In this document: positions 30,505 to 47,624 of the stretch, piece by piece
Position numbering within the stretch: position 1 is the stretch's first letter
Layout: each line of letters starts with the position of its first letter
DNA from: Pseudomonadota bacterium
GTDB taxonomy: Bacteria > Pseudomonadota > Gammaproteobacteria > Burkholderiales > Burkholderiaceae_C
Direction of reading: 5' to 3'
Length of the DNA: 64,000 nt
Assembly: GCA_031119395.1 (NCBI GenBank)
Contig: JAVHYA010000009.1
Coordinates: 27,098 to 91,097 of the forward strand
The notes under the pieces: generated by a model
Database searches by the model: none
What the model saw: only the letters and a program-made list of their open reading frames with translations
Told to the model about the DNA's origin: nothing
Translations under genes and position numbers: made by a program

Positions 30505-31317
30505 TCAGCCGCGCAGTTCGGCCAGAAGGCGCTGCAGCGCTTCTCCCGGCACCATGGCGTTGTTGGGCTGCGGGTCGGTGGTCCAGACCAGCGGATGGCG
30601 AAAGGGCGCCAGCGTGACCGGCAGCTCGCGCGCCACCTGGGCCTGCACCCAGGCCCGCACGGCCTCGTTCTCGGGGTCGGCGAACACCGTGCTGTCGTTG
30701 CCGGCGCTGACCGTGACGTTGAGCGGCGTGATCGCGCGGATCTGCTCGCGCAGCCGGGGCGACATCGCGAAGCCCAGCGGGCCGTCGGTGAAGGCGTCGG
30801 GGTCGCGGGCGAGTTGCTGGCGCAGCGTGCGGTCGGGAATGCAGAAGGACTGTTCGAGCGCGTCCACATGGGCGGCGCGCAGTTCGTCCAGGTAGCCCCG
30901 GCCGTCGACCACCAGGTCCCACAGCACGATGCGCGTCGGGTCGGCGCGCTCGTGCTGCGCCGCCATCAGCGCGAGGGTGGCCCCCAGCCGGGCGCCGAAC
31001 CAGAGGATGGTGCGCGTGTCGGCCAGGCGCCGCAGCTCCTGGTGCGCAGCGCCGATGTCGCGCTGCCAGCCGTCCATTTCGCCCTCGGTGTCGTCACCGG
31101 GCGAGTCGCCGGTGCCGTGGTAGTCGAAGCGCAGCACGGACAGGCCCGCACGTGCCAGCCGGTCGGCCAGCACGCGGAAGAAGCGCTGGCTGCGCATGGC
31201 CTCGTGCCCGTAGGGCGCACACATCAGCACGGCGGCCTTGGCCGCGCGCTGGCTTTCGGCCGGGTGGTACAGGCCCACCAGTTGGCGGCCGGGAGGGCCG
31301 AAGACGAGCGGCGTCAT
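30505..31317 (-). CDS. Alpha/beta-hydrolase fold protein (hydrolase-2-like; elbow lacks Ser)
   Basis: CAPYGHEA, VLRFDYHGTGDSPGD, WFGARLGATLA. Confidence 0.8.
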   Translation of the reverse strand: MTPLVFGPPGRQLVGLYHPAESQRAAKAAVLMCAPYGHEAMRSQRFFRVLADRLARAGLSVLRFDYHGTGDSPGDDTEGEMDGWQRDIGAAHQELRRLADTRTILWFGARLGATLALMAAQHERADPTRIVLWDLVVDGRGYLDELRAAHVDALEQSFCIPDRTLRQQLARDPDAFTDGPLGFAMSPRLREQIRAITPLNVTVSAGNDSTVFADPENEAVRAWVQAQVARELPVTLAPFRHPLVWTTDPQPNNAMVPGEALQRLLAELRG

Positions 31318-32035
31318 GCGAAGGCCTCCGCCGGGCCACGTGCTTCACGTGCCGGGCGCAGCGGCCGGGTGGTGGCCACCGAATACAGCAGGTCGGGCGC
31401 CAGTCGACCCGAACGCAGGTGCAGCGGCCGGGCGCCGTGGATGGCGTCGTCGAGCCATGCCTCGTCGCCCGCACCGGCGCGGGCCGTCTCGAGCTGCCGC
31501 GGATCGACGCTCAGACCGGTGCCGATGGCCTTGAGGCAAGCCTCCTTGCGCGTCCAGGTGCGCAGGAAGGCGCCGGCCCGGGCCGCGCCGGCGGCATGCT
31601 CCAGTGCGTCGCGCTCGGCGGCCGTGAAATGGGCCTGGGCCATCGCGTCGATGTCGTCCATCGCGCGATCGATCTCCACGTCCACCCCCACCGGCGCGCC
31701 GGCATCGACGGCCAGCAGCGCCGCATCGCCGCTGTGGCTCAGGCTGAAATGGCAGTCGGGCGCATCGGCCAGCGAGGGCTTGCCGAACGGGTTGTGCACG
31801 AAGCGCAGCGCCGACGGTTCGCCCAGTCCGGTGGCCTGCGCGAGCAGCGCACGCATCGCGGCGTGTGCGGCCTGGTAGCGGCGGCGGTCGTCCTCGAAGA
31901 CGAAGCGCGCCGCGCGCGCGCGCTCCTGCGCGTCCAGGCTGGCCAGGTCCGAGGGCGCGGGCGCGACACCCAGGTCGATGCGCCACAGGGCGCACCCTTC
32001 CCAGGGATCGGAGAGACGCTGTGCCGTGGTCACGG

Positions 32036-32039
<4 letters not shown>
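31314..32039 (-). CDS. Sfp-type 4'-phosphopantetheinyl transferase
   Basis: ERARAARF, PFGKP, FSLSHS, VGVDVE, WTRKEACLKAIGTG; TTG (32039) or GTG (32033) start coupled to the NRPS stop. Confidence 0.93.
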
Positions 32040-37047
<5,008 letters not shown>

Positions 37048-37051
<4 letters not shown>

Positions 37052-40000
37052 CCTTCCACCTTCATGAACTTGCCGGGAGCGGCCGGATCGGGCACGAACC
37101 AGGCGGGCTGGCCGTCCTTGTCGCGGCCCAGGCGCGCATGCGGCACCGGCGGGTGCGCGGCGTCGAACACGGGCTTGGCGGCCGCGCGGCGCGGGATGAA
37201 TTCCGCCTCCTGCAGCTCGGCCACCGACTCCTTGAACGCGGACTTGATCACGGCGATGTCCTGCTGCGTGTGGGCCGTGGTCATGAAGCAGGGGAAGTTG
37301 TCCAGGATGTGCACGCCGCGGCTGCGCATCATGGCGAACAGCAGGTCCTGCAGCGGATGGTCCTCGAGCCAGCTCACGCGCCACAGCGACGCGAAGTAGC
37401 GCACCTCGATCGGCGCGCCGACCTCGCGGCAGAAGGCCGTGAGTTCGTCGGCCATGGCCGCCGTGTGCGTGTTGAGCTTGGCCTGCAGGGCCTGGCCCGA
37501 GCTGGCCAGGTGGTCCAGCGAGGCCTTGGCCGCGGCCAGCGCCAGCGGGTGCCGCACGAAGGTGCCCGCGAAGTAGGTGACGCCGACGACCGGGATGGAG
37601 TCGTCGCCGTAGTTCCAGGCGCCGCCGTCGAGCGCGTCCATGAAGACCCGCTTGCCGGCGATGGCGCCGATGGGCATGCCCCCGCCGATGACCTTGCCGT
37701 AGGTGGACAGGTCGGCGCGGATGCCGAACAGCGCCTGCGCGCCGCCCGGATGCGAGCGAAAGCCGGTGATCACCTCGTCGAAGATCAGGCAGGTGCCGCT
37801 CTTCTCGGTGATCGCGCGCACCTCGTGCAGGAACTCCTTGGGCTGGAAGTCGGGGCGGCGGCTCTGCACCGGCTCGACCAGCACGGCGGCCAGGTCGTCG
37901 GCGTGTTCGCGGATGAATTCGAGCGATTCGGGCGTGCCGTAGTCGAGCACCCGCACGTCGCCGAACATGCCGCTCATCACGCCCGGGGTGGCGGGGATGC
38001 CGCGCGCACCGCGGCCTGCGCGGACCAGCACCTCGTCGAAGGTGCCGTGGTAGGAGCCGCTGAACAGCACGATGGTGCTGCGTCCGGTGCTGGTGCGCGC
38101 GATGCGGATCGCGGCCATCACCGCCTCGGAGCCGGTGTTGCACAGGGCGGCGCGGTCGAAGCCGGTGAGTTCGCAGATGCGGCGCGTCACGTCGGCGGCC
38201 AGCGGGTGCTGCGGGCCGATCTCGTAGCCCAGGTCGAGCTGGCGGCGCACCGCGTCGTTGATGAAGTCCGGCTGCCAGCCGAACATGTTCATCCCGAAGC
38301 CGTTGAGCGTGTCGACGTACTCGTTGCCGTCGATGTCCCACACGCGCGAGCCCTTGGAGCGGTCGACCACGATCTGGTAGACGATCTCCTTGGTGGCAGG
38401 GCGGAAGCCGTTGACCACGCGCGGATCGGCCATGTGCGAGCGGTTGGCGGCCGTGAACTCCTTGCTCTTGCGGGTGCGCTCGACATAGCGGCGCACGAAG
38501 GCGTCCAGGCGCGCCTGCTGGCGGCCGGTGATCTCGCGGTTGGGCGCGGTGTGGATGCGGGCGATGGCGCCGAAGGCCTTCTTGACGTCGTAGCTGACGC
38601 CGCCGCGCACCGGTTCGTCGGCGGCGGGTTGGGCGGTCGCCGCCACGGGCGAGGCCGGTGCCGGCTCGGGCGTCGCCGGGGCCGGCGCGGCCTGTGCGAC
38701 GGCTTGGACCGGCATCGCGGCACCCCCTGCCATCAGTGCCAGTTGCTGCTGCATGAGTTGCATCTGCTGCGCGATCAGCTGGTGCAGCGGCGCGGCGGCG
38801 CCGGCCGGCAAGGCGACGGGCGCGAGCACCGTCAGCGCGGCCTGCGGCGCGGGCTGCACTGCGGCCTGGGCGGCCGGCGCAGGCACGGCGGCCCCTTGCG
38901 CGACTTGCGCGACCGGTGCGGCCGGCGCCGCGGGCGCGGCGGCTGCGGGCTCGGGCGGCAGGGTGTTGTCCAGGTGCTCGGCCAGCAGGTCGAAGCTGCG
39001 GCAGCCTTCCATCAACTGGCGGAAGCTGATGTTGGTCTTGAACTGCTTCTTCACCTGCAGCGCCGCCTGGGTCAGCACCAGCGAGTCCAGGCCGAGGTCG
39101 ATGAAGGGCGTGGCACCGTCCGCGTCCGCCATGGGCGTGCCGGAAATGTCTTCGAAGACTTCGCGCAGCTTGGCTTGGAGGGTGGCGCGGCGTGCGGGGG
39201 CGGTGGGCATGGAGGGCTCCAGGGGGATGTCGATGGAAGGTGCGGGGGTGGCGAGCGGCGCCGGGGGGGCCGACACCATGTCGACCCAGTGGCGCTTGCG
39301 CTCGAAGGGGGTGGTCGGCAGGCACACGCGGCACTTGCGCTCGCGTGCGTCGAACACGCCGAGGTCGGGCGCCAGGCCCAGGGTCCAGGCGCGGCCGAAG
39401 GCCAGGCGCAGGGCCACGAGTTCGTCTTCGGGGCTGGCCGCCAGGCAGGGCAGCGCGACGGGCGCCGGCTGGCCGCGCAGCGCATGCTGGCGCGCCAGCG
39501 TGCTGAGCGTGTTGCGCGGGCCGAGTTCCAGCAGCAGCGGCTGGCCCGACGCGGCCAGGGCCGCGCGCAGGGCGGGCGAGAAGCGCACGGTCTCGCGCAG
39601 GTGCCGCGCCCAGTAGCCGGGGTCGGTGGCCTGCGCGTCGGACAGGCGCTCGCCGGTCGAGGTCGAATAGATGGCGATGCGCGGCGCGCTCAGCGCGATG
39701 CCGCGCACCAGCGCCTCGAAGGGGGCGACGGCCGGCTCCATCATCTGCGAATGGAAGGCGTGCGAGGTCTGGAGTGCGCGCGAGGCGATGCCGTCGGCCT
39801 CGAGGCGTGCCTGCAGGGCCTCGATGGCTTCGGCAGGGCCTGCCGCCACGCAGGCGTTCGGCGCGTTGTCCGCCGCCAGGGCGAGCGAGGCATCGAGGTA
39901 GGGCAGCAGCCGCTCGGCGGCACAGCGGACCGACAGCATGCGCCCGGCGGGCAGGGCCTGCATCCACTCGCCGCGGCGCGCGACGAGCAGGGCGGCGTCG

Positions 40001-43000
40001 GCCAGCGACATCACCCCCGCGACGACGGCGGCGGCGAACTCGCCGATGCTGTGGCCGACCAGCGCCTGCGGCGTGATGCCGGCGGCCAGGGCGCGGCGGG
40101 CCAGTGCGTATTCCAGGGCGAAGGTGGCGGGCTGGGTGACGGACGTGGGCAGCAGGGCCGTCTCGTCGTCGCCGAACATCTTCTCGCGCAGGTCGTAGGG
40201 CAGCAGCGGCGCGAAGGCGGCGAAGCATTCGTCCAGGGCCGCCTGCACCACCTCGTCGTGCACGTACAGCGTCCGGCCCATGCCGGGGTACTGGGCGCCC
40301 TGGCCGGGGAAGAGGAACACGGGCGCGTGGGCACGCGGCGCGACGCTGCCGGCAACGCGCCGTGGCGACGCGGGATCGTCCAGCGCTTCGACGGCCTGGG
40401 CGGCGCTGTCGGCCACCACCGCCAGGCGGTGCGCGAAGGCCTTGCGCCCCACGTACAGCGTGTGGGCCACGTCGCCGAGGTTCTCGTCCGGATGCGCCCG
40501 CAGGTGGTCGGCGAGCCGCGCGGCCGCCTGGTCGAGCGCGGCCGGCGAGCGGGCCGACAGCACCAGCAGTTGCGGGCCGGCGACGGCTTCCGACGGCTGC
40601 ACGGCCGGTGCTTCCTCGAGGATCACGTGGGCGTTGGTCCCGCCCACGCCGAAGGAACTCACGCCGGCGCGCCGCGGCGCGTCGGGCGTGCGTGGCCAGG
40701 CGCCCAGCACGCTCTGGACCCGGAACGGGGTCGACGCGAAATCGATCGCCGGGTTGGGCGACTCGAAGTGCAGCGTGGCCGGCAGCTGCTCCGTGTGCAG
40801 CGCCAGCGCCGTCTTGATGACGCCGGTCGCGCCGGCCGCCATCAGCAGGTGGCCGACGTTGCTCTTGACCGAGCCGAGGGCACAGAAACCGGTGTCGGCG
40901 GTCTGCTGCGCGTAGCTGCGGGCCAGCGCCTCCACTTCGACCGGGTCGCCCATCGGCGTGGCGGTGCCGTGCGCCTCGACGTAGGAGATGCTCCGTGCGT
41001 CGACGCCCGCGGACGCGAGCGCCGCGGAGATGACGGCCACCTGGCCATCGACGCTGGGCGCGGTGAAGCTGGCCTTGACGGCGCCGTCGTTGTTGACGCC
41101 GACGCCCCGCACCGTGGCATAGATGACGTCGCCATCGGCCTGCGCGTCCGACAGGCGCTTGAGCAGCACCACCGCGGCGCCGTCGCTGAAGACGGTGCCG
41201 CCGGCCTGCGCGTCGAAGCTGCGCGTGCGGCCGTCGGGCGAGAGCATCGCGCCCTCCTGGTGCACGTAGCCGCTGTTCGGCGGGCAGGTGATGGCGATGC
41301 CGCCCGCCAGCGCCATGTCGCACTGGCCCGAGCGCAGGGCATGGAAGGCCTGCGCCAGGGCCACCAGCGAGGTGGAGCAGGCGGTGTTCAGGCTGATCGC
41401 CGGGCCGGTCAGGTTCAGGCGGTTGGCCACGCGCGTGGCCAGGTAGTCCTTCTCGTTGCCGAGCATCACCGTGAACTCGCCCACCGAGTCGATGAGCTCC
41501 GGGCGCGGCATCAGGTGGCGCTGGAAGTACGTGCCGTTGTACATGCCGGCGTACACGCCGACCGGCTCGGTCTGCTGGTCGGGGGCGTAGCCGGCGCGCT
41601 CCAGGCACTCCCAGCAGATCTCCAGGAAGATGCGCTGCTGCGGGTCCATCAGCGTGGCTTCCTTCGGGTTGATGCCGAAGAAGGCGGCGTCGAAGTCCTC
41701 CACGCCGTCGATCACGCCCCGGGCGCGCACGTAGGCGGGGTCGTCGCGCAGCGCGGCGCTCACACCGGCATCGAGCTGCGCGTCGTCGAAGAGGCGAATG
41801 CCGTCGCGGCCTGCGCAGAGGTTGGCCCAGAAGGCGTCGACGTCGGCGGCGCCGGGGAAGCGGCCGGCCATGCCGACGATGGCGATCGGCTCCTGCGAGC
41901 CGATGGCGGCGGAGCGCGGGGCACGGGGCGCGGCCTGCGCGACCGGCTCGCCCGAGAGCTCGCGCGCGATGGCCGCAGGGGTCGGGTCGCGGAAGAACAG
42001 GTTGGTCGACAGCCGGCGGCCAGCGGCGGCCTGCAGGTCGGCGATCACCTTCAGCACGCGCAGCGAATCGCCGCCGAGGTCGAAGAAGTTGTCGATGCGG
42101 CCCACGCGGTCCATGCCGAGGGCGCGTGCGAACGCGGTGCACACCCGCTGCTCGGCCTCGTCGCGCGGCTCCTCGAAGGGCTGCGCGATGTCCGGCCGCT
42201 CGGCGGGCGGCGTGGGCAGCGCGCGCCGGTCGATCTTGCCGTTGGGCGACAGCGGCATCGCGTCCAGCACGACGAACTGCCCGGGCACCATGTAGGGCGG
42301 CAGCAGCGCCTGGAGGTGCTGGCGCAGCATGTCGCGCGACGGTCCGGTGCCGTGGCCCGAGACGTAGGCGACCAGGCGCGCCTCGCCGCCGCCGTCGCGC
42401 GGTGCGAGCACCGCCGCCTCGCGCACGGACGGGTGCTGCAGCAGCGCGCTCTCGATGTCGCCGAGCTCGACGCGGAAGCCGCGCACCTTGACCTGGTGGT
42501 CGTTGCGGCCGAGGTATTCGATCTCGCCATCGGCGCGCCAGCGGCCGATGTCGCCGGTCTTGTAGAGCCGGCCGCCTTCGCCGGGCGCGAAGCGGTCGGC
42601 CACGAAGCGCTCCTGCGTCAGCTCGGGCCGATGCAGGTAGCCGCGCGCGACGCCCATGCCGCCGATGAAGATCTCGCCGGCCGCGCCGATGGGCAGCTCG
42701 CGGCCCTGCGGGTCGAGCACATGGATGCGGTTGTTGGCGATCGGTGTGCCGATGGTGGGCAGCGGCTCCCACGCAGCCGGGTCGGCGGCCAGCGTCAGGG
42801 CCGTCACCACGTGGCTTTCGGTCGGCCCGTACTGGTTGTGCAGGCGGCAGCCCGGCAGGCGCGTGAACAGGGCGCGGATCGCCGGGCTGGCGTGCAGTTG
42901 CTCGCCGGCGGTCATCACGTCCTGCAGCGGCGGCAGCGGGTCGCCGGACGCCGCGGCGTATTCGGCGATGTTCTGCAGCGCGATGAAGGGCAGGAACAGC

Positions 43001-44454
43001 CGCTGGACGGACTGCTCGCGCATCAGCTGCAGCAAGGCCTGCGGATCGCGGCGCGTCGCTTCGTCGAGCAGCACCAGGGTGCCGCCCACCGACAGGGTCG
43101 CGAAGATCTCCTGGAAGGCGACGTCGAAACCCAGCGCGGCGAACTGCAGCGTGCGCTGCGGTGCGGGCACGCGCGGGTGCTTCGCCTGCCAGCGCAGCAG
43201 GTTGACCAGGCCGCGGTGCGGCATGGCCACGCCCTTGGGCTGGCCGGTCGAGCCGGAGGTGAAGATGACGTAGGCCAGGTGGTCCGGGCCGGGCCGCACC
43301 GCGGGCGGCAGCGCTTCGCCGGAGGGGGTGTCGGCCGCGTCGCCATCGAGCACGACCACCGGCGCATCGGAGGCCGGCAGCTGAGCGCGCAGCGCCGATT
43401 GCGTCAGCACCGCCGCAGGACGCGCGCCCTGAAGAATGAGCAGTGTGCGCTCGGGCGGGTGATGCGGGTCGAGCGGCACATAGGCGCCGCCCGCCTTGAG
43501 CACCGCCAGCAGGGCCACGACCATCTCCAGGCTGCGCTCCACATAGAGCGCCACCGGCACGTCAGGGCCGACGCCGAGGCGGCGCAGCTGCGTGGCCAGT
43601 GCCTGCGCGCGTGCATCGAGTTCGCCGTAGCTGAGGCTCTGCGTGCCCATCTGCACGGCGGTCGCCGCGGGCTGGCGCCGCACCTGTGATTCGACCAGCT
43701 CGTGCACCAGCGCGTCGCCGCCAAGATCCTCGGCGGTGGCGTTGAAGCGGTCGAGCAGCGCGCGCTCGGCCGGGCCCGCCAGCGGCAGGTCGCCGACGCG
43801 CACAGCGCCGTCCGCACACAGGCCGTCCAGCGCCTGCGACACGGCGCCGGCCCAGCGGGCGACCGCGGCGCCGTCGAAGCGCGACGGGTCGAAGGCCAGG
43901 ACCGCCGACCCGCCGGACTCGGGCAGGCGCAGTTCGATCGAGCCGGGCTGCGCCGCAACGCCGGAGGACGCCTCGCCCCACGCCAGCACGGCGGTCACGC
44001 CTTCGGCGGTGGCTTGCGTCGCTTCGGACGCGGCGGCGCCGGCGTGCTCCAGCGCATCGCGGCAGCGGGCCAGCCATTGGTCCACGGTGGGATCGTCGTC
44101 GAGCGAGGCGAGCAGCGTCGTCCGCACGCCGTCCCGGCGTCCATGGACAACGAAGGTGTCCTGGCCCGACAGGCGCCAGAGCACGAGTGCCCAGGCAGCC
44201 AGCCAGAGCGCAGCGTCTTGCGCCGGGCCCTGTGGGCGCCATGCGGCTGGCGGTGCAACGAGCTGCGTTGCCGGGGCCGGTGAACCCGGCGAAGCGTCGC
44301 GCGATCGGGGCGGCAGGTCGAGGGCGTGAGCGGCGCGGGCCAGGAGGGCGGCGGCGTCGCGGTCGGATGGCCCGCGACCTGACGTGGCGGGCTGGGCCAG
44401 CTGCACCTGTGCGGGCGACCCGGTGGTCGAACCTGCCGGCTCTTGCTTGTTCAT
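37048..44454 (-). CDS. Hybrid NRPS-PKS: (partial C)-A-T-KS-AT-ACP-class III aminotransferase
   Basis: YVIFTSGSTGQPKG; FFDLGGDSL; DPQQR, NTACSTSL, EAHGTAT, KSNVGH; GHSIG and HAFHS (malonyl-type AT); LGLDSL; IFDEVITGFR and TYGKVIGGG. Alternative starts at 44547 and 44601. Confidence 0.93.
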
Positions 44455-44860
44455 TCGCTGTGCCCCTTCGCGTCCATCGATCGGCAGGCCAGCCCGCCGA
44501 TGTCGTCGTTCCTTCCACCTTTGTTCGAGTAATAACAAAGGACTCATTTTTGAGCGATCTTCGGTGTTTTGCACGCCCGAGGCATCAGCCAGATGGCTCA
44601 AACCGAAGGCATATGCCGTTCGAAGAATTTGTCACGCAGCGTCGCAACTGGTTGCGCACTTCATGTTGACAAGTTCACAGATCGCGCCCGTCAAGACCCA
44701 TTGTGCGCCCAAATCTGTAAGAAATGAATACTAAACACTGAGTTTTGTCAGAGAAATGTGGACTTTCTACGGACAAAAAAGTGCCGCAAACGTTACAAAT
44801 CCACCGTGTTCGATGCTGCATGGCAGCCACGGGCCGTTCGCGGGAGGCCGGCGTGCGCGC

Positions 44861-45505
44861 TCAGGCGCTGGTTTCGTCGAGCAGGCCGTCGGCCAGATGC
44901 CCCACGTCGCCCCAGCCCACGAGCGAAAACCCCTGCGGCGTCCAGAGCAGGCGGTTGATGGCGGCGTTGCCGAGCGCCCAGGTGCGCGGCGCCTGGATCT
45001 CCTGCCCGGTGGCCGCGCGGTACAGCACATCCATGACGCCGCCGTGCGCGACCAGCACCACCAGTTCGCCGGGGTGCCGCGCCGCGATGTCGGCGGCCGC
45101 GGCGGTGATGCGCTGTCGGAAGTCGACCAGGTTCTCGCCGCCGGCGGGCGCGAAGTGCGGGTCGCGCTGGCGCCAGCGCCGGGCATCCTCGGGGGTTTCG
45201 GCCTCGATGGCGGCGAAGGTCCGGCCTTCGAAGCTGCCGAAGGCCCGCTCGCGCAGGCGCGGGTCGGCCATCACCTGCAGGGGCCGGGGCTGCGCGCCCG
45301 CGATGGCCTGGGCCGTCTGCCAGGCCCGCTGCAGGTCGCTGGCGTAGATGGCGCCCACCGTCTCGTCGGCCAGCGCCTCGCCGGCGCGCGCCGCCTGCCA
45401 CAAGCCCGTGTCGTTGAGCGGGATGTCGATGTGGCCCTGGATGCGCGTATCGGCGTTCCAGGCGGTCTCGCCATGGCGCACAGCGATCAGGCGGGTGACT
45501 TCCAT
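44861..45505 (-). CDS. Histidine phosphatase family protein (GpmB-like)
   Basis: AVRHGETAWN, SDLQRAWQTA, LRERAFG, VAHGG. Confidence 0.93.
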   Translation of the reverse strand: MEVTRLIAVRHGETAWNADTRIQGHIDIPLNDTGLWQAARAGEALADETVGAIYASDLQRAWQTAQAIAGAQPRPLQVMADPRLRERAFGSFEGRTFAAIEAETPEDARRWRQRDPHFAPAGGENLVDFRQRITAAAADIAARHPGELVVLVAHGGVMDVLYRAATGQEIQAPRTWALGNAAINRLLWTPQGFSLVGWGDVGHLADGLLDETSA

Positions 45506-45564
45506 GCCGCCGATTCTAGGAAGGGCTCCAGGATCATGCTGCGCCGCGGCATGATCGCCCGCGA

Positions 45565-46233
45565 TCAGCGCGGGGCGGAGGCCGGCGGCGCAGCGGCTCG
45601 TGCGCCCGCCGGCGGCAGCGTGATGTCCACCCGGCGCTCGCCCTGGGGTGGGTGCGGGAAGCCCTGCAGCGCCGCCTGGAACATCACCGGCAGCACGGCG
45701 CGGCTGTCGCCGTAGGGCCCGTCGTTGCGGGCCCGGGTCTCGTAGACCACCTGGTTCGACGGCAGCTCGCGCATCACCACGGCGACCTCGCGGCCGTACC
45801 AGGGGTCGGCCGGCGGCCCGAAGCCGGGGCCCCAGCCCCAGCCGCCGTACCACGCGCTGCCGCGCCAGCCCCGGCCATAGCCCAGGCCGCCGCCCCATCC
45901 CGGGCCCCAGCCCGGACCCCCCCAGGGATCGGCCCAGGGCGACAGCTCGGGCGTGACCCGGGCCGTCACCTGGACGGCATAGCGGGGCTGGGCGTCGTCC
46001 CTTCGCAGGCCGACCGCCGCCAGCGCGGGCGCGGCCATCGCCTCCACCTCGTCCTGCGCCGCGCCGTGGGCCTGCTGGGAGGGCAGGCGATCGAACCGGT
46101 AGGTGGGCTCGGCCGGCAGGGCGCCCAGCTGTGAAAAGCTGCGGACCTGGCTGTCGACCGTCCAGGAGGTCGCGCAGCCGCCCAGTGCCAGGGAGGTTGC
46201 TATCAAAAAAGGAGCGTACAGCGCACGTCGCAT
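45565..46233 (-). CDS. Lipoprotein (DUF4136-like)
   Basis: Lipobox LGGC; TYRF, Gly/Trp-rich loop, VVYETRA, AALQGFP. Confidence 0.8.
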   Translation of the reverse strand: MRRALYAPFLIATSLALGGCATSWTVDSQVRSFSQLGALPAEPTYRFDRLPSQQAHGAAQDEVEAMAAPALAAVGLRRDDAQPRYAVQVTARVTPELSPWADPWGGPGWGPGWGGGLGYGRGWRGSAWYGGWGWGPGFGPPADPWYGREVAVVMRELPSNQVVYETRARNDGPYGDSRAVLPVMFQAALQGFPHPPQGERRVDITLPPAGARAAAPPASAPR

Positions 46234-46261
46234 AAGGCCTCCAGGCGCAAATTGCCTGAAA
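46198..46261 (+). repeat. Degenerate REP-like family A copy overlapping the lipoprotein start
   Basis: TGCTATCAAAAAAGGAGCGTACAGCGCACGTCGCATAAGGCCTCCAGGCGCAAATTGCCTGAAA. Confidence 0.65.
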
Positions 46262-46294
46262 TGCGGCCCTGCGCCACGGCAGGCGGCGGGCCGG

Positions 46295-47239
46295 TCAGCT
46301 GGAGATCCGCACCACCTGCAGGGCCGGCATCGCGGACGACGGCGCCAGAGGGGGCAGTTCCGGCGGGTCGAAGGCCTTGTCGCCGTCTTCGTCGGCCACG
46401 CCGGTCGCCTTCAGACCCTTGAAGTCGTGCAGCGTTCCGTCCAGCAGGTGCGAGGGTGCCACGTTCTGCAGCGCGCTGAACATGTTCTCGATGCGGCCGG
46501 GAAACTTCTTCTCCCATTCGCGCAGCATCTCGCCGACCTGCTTGCGCTGCAGGTTCTCCTGGCTGCCGCACAGCGTGCAGGGAATGATCGGGAACTGGCG
46601 GTGCTGCGCCCAGCGGATCAGGTCCTTCTCGGGCACGTAGGCCAGCGGGCGGATCACCACGTGCCGGCCGTCGTCGCTCACCAGCTTCGGCGGCATCGAC
46701 TTGAGCTTGGCCGCGAAGAACATGTTGAGGAAGAAGGTCTGCAGCATGTCGTCGCGGTGGTGGCCCAGCGCGACCTTGGTGGCCCCCAGCTCGTCGGCCA
46801 CGCGGTACAGGATGCCGCGGCGCAGGCGCGAGCACAGGCCGCAGGTCGTCTTGCCCTCGGGGATCACGCGCTTGACGATGCTGTAGGTGTCCTGCTCCTC
46901 GATGTGGAAGGGCACGCCGACCTGCTTCAGGTAGGCGGGCAGCACCTCCTCGGGGAAGCCCGGCTGCTTCTGGTCGAGGTTCACGGCCACCAGGTCGAAG
47001 TGGATCGGCGCGCGGGCCTTGAGCTTGATGAGGATGTCGAGCAGGCCGTAGCTGTCCTTGCCGCCGGAGACGCACACCATGACCTTGTCGCCTTCCTCGA
47101 TCATGTTGTAGTCGCCGATGGCGCGGCCGACCTCGCGGCACAGGCGTTTCTCGAGCTTGTGCGTCTCGCGCTCGATCTTCGCGGTGCTGCCGGGCGCCGC
47201 GGGCGTTGCGGCTGCGTCATCGATCCAGACTGCGCTCAT
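46295..47239 (-). CDS. ttcA: tRNA 2-thiocytidine(32) synthetase
   Basis: [46 protein letters not shown]. Confidence 0.97.
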   Translation of the reverse strand: MSAVWIDDAAATPAAPGSTAKIERETHKLEKRLCREVGRAIGDYNMIEEGDKVMVCVSGGKDSYGLLDILIKLKARAPIHFDLVAVNLDQKQPGFPEEVLPAYLKQVGVPFHIEEQDTYSIVKRVIPEGKTTCGLCSRLRRGILYRVADELGATKVALGHHRDDMLQTFFLNMFFAAKLKSMPPKLVSDDGRHVVIRPLAYVPEKDLIRWAQHRQFPIIPCTLCGSQENLQRKQVGEMLREWEKKFPGRIENMFSALQNVAPSHLLDGTLHDFKGLKATGVADEDGDKAFDPPELPPLAPSSAMPALQVVRISS

Positions 47240-47240
47240 C

Positions 47241-47624
47241 TCATTTGCTCCCGAAGACTTCGACACCGACGGCATCGCAATCGGGGTACACGTCCGGCTT
47301 GGCCGTCGACACCCGCGCGGCCTGCACCTTCGGATGCGCCAGCATCTGCGCCAGCAGGTCGTCGCACAGCGTCTCCTGCAGGTGGATGTGGCCCTTGGAC
47401 AGGCGCTGCGCCACGGTGCGGCGGATGAAGTCGTAGTCGACCACCTCGTCCAGCTCGTCGGCCCGGGGCGTCGACACGGCCAGCGGCACGTACAGGTCGA
47501 CGTTGATGATCACGCGCTGCTCGGCACGCTTCTCGAACTCGTGCACGCCGATGTTGATCCACACCTCGTAGTTGCGCAGGAACACGCGGCGGCAGCTCGT
47601 CAGGAGGGGGTCGGGGGCGGTCAT
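47241..47624 (-). CDS. folB: Dihydroneopterin aldolase
   Basis: IGVHEFEK...[27 protein letters not shown]. Confidence 0.88.
   Translation of the reverse strand: MTAPDPLLTSCRRVFLRNYEVWINIGVHEFEKRAEQRVIINVDLYVPLAVSTPRADELDEVVDYDFIRRTVAQRLSKGHIHLQETLCDDLLAQMLAHPKVQAARVSTAKPDVYPDCDAVGVEVFGSK

Noticed and set aside
38600-38960. Ala/Pro/Gln low-complexity stretch in the hybrid synthase
   Set aside because: An ordinary ACP-aminotransferase linker with no similarity to repeat families A-C.
44600-44840. Possible riboswitch (for example c-di-GMP) upstream of the NRPS-PKS
   Set aside because: No recognisable conserved aptamer motif on either strand by eye; an Rfam scan would be needed.
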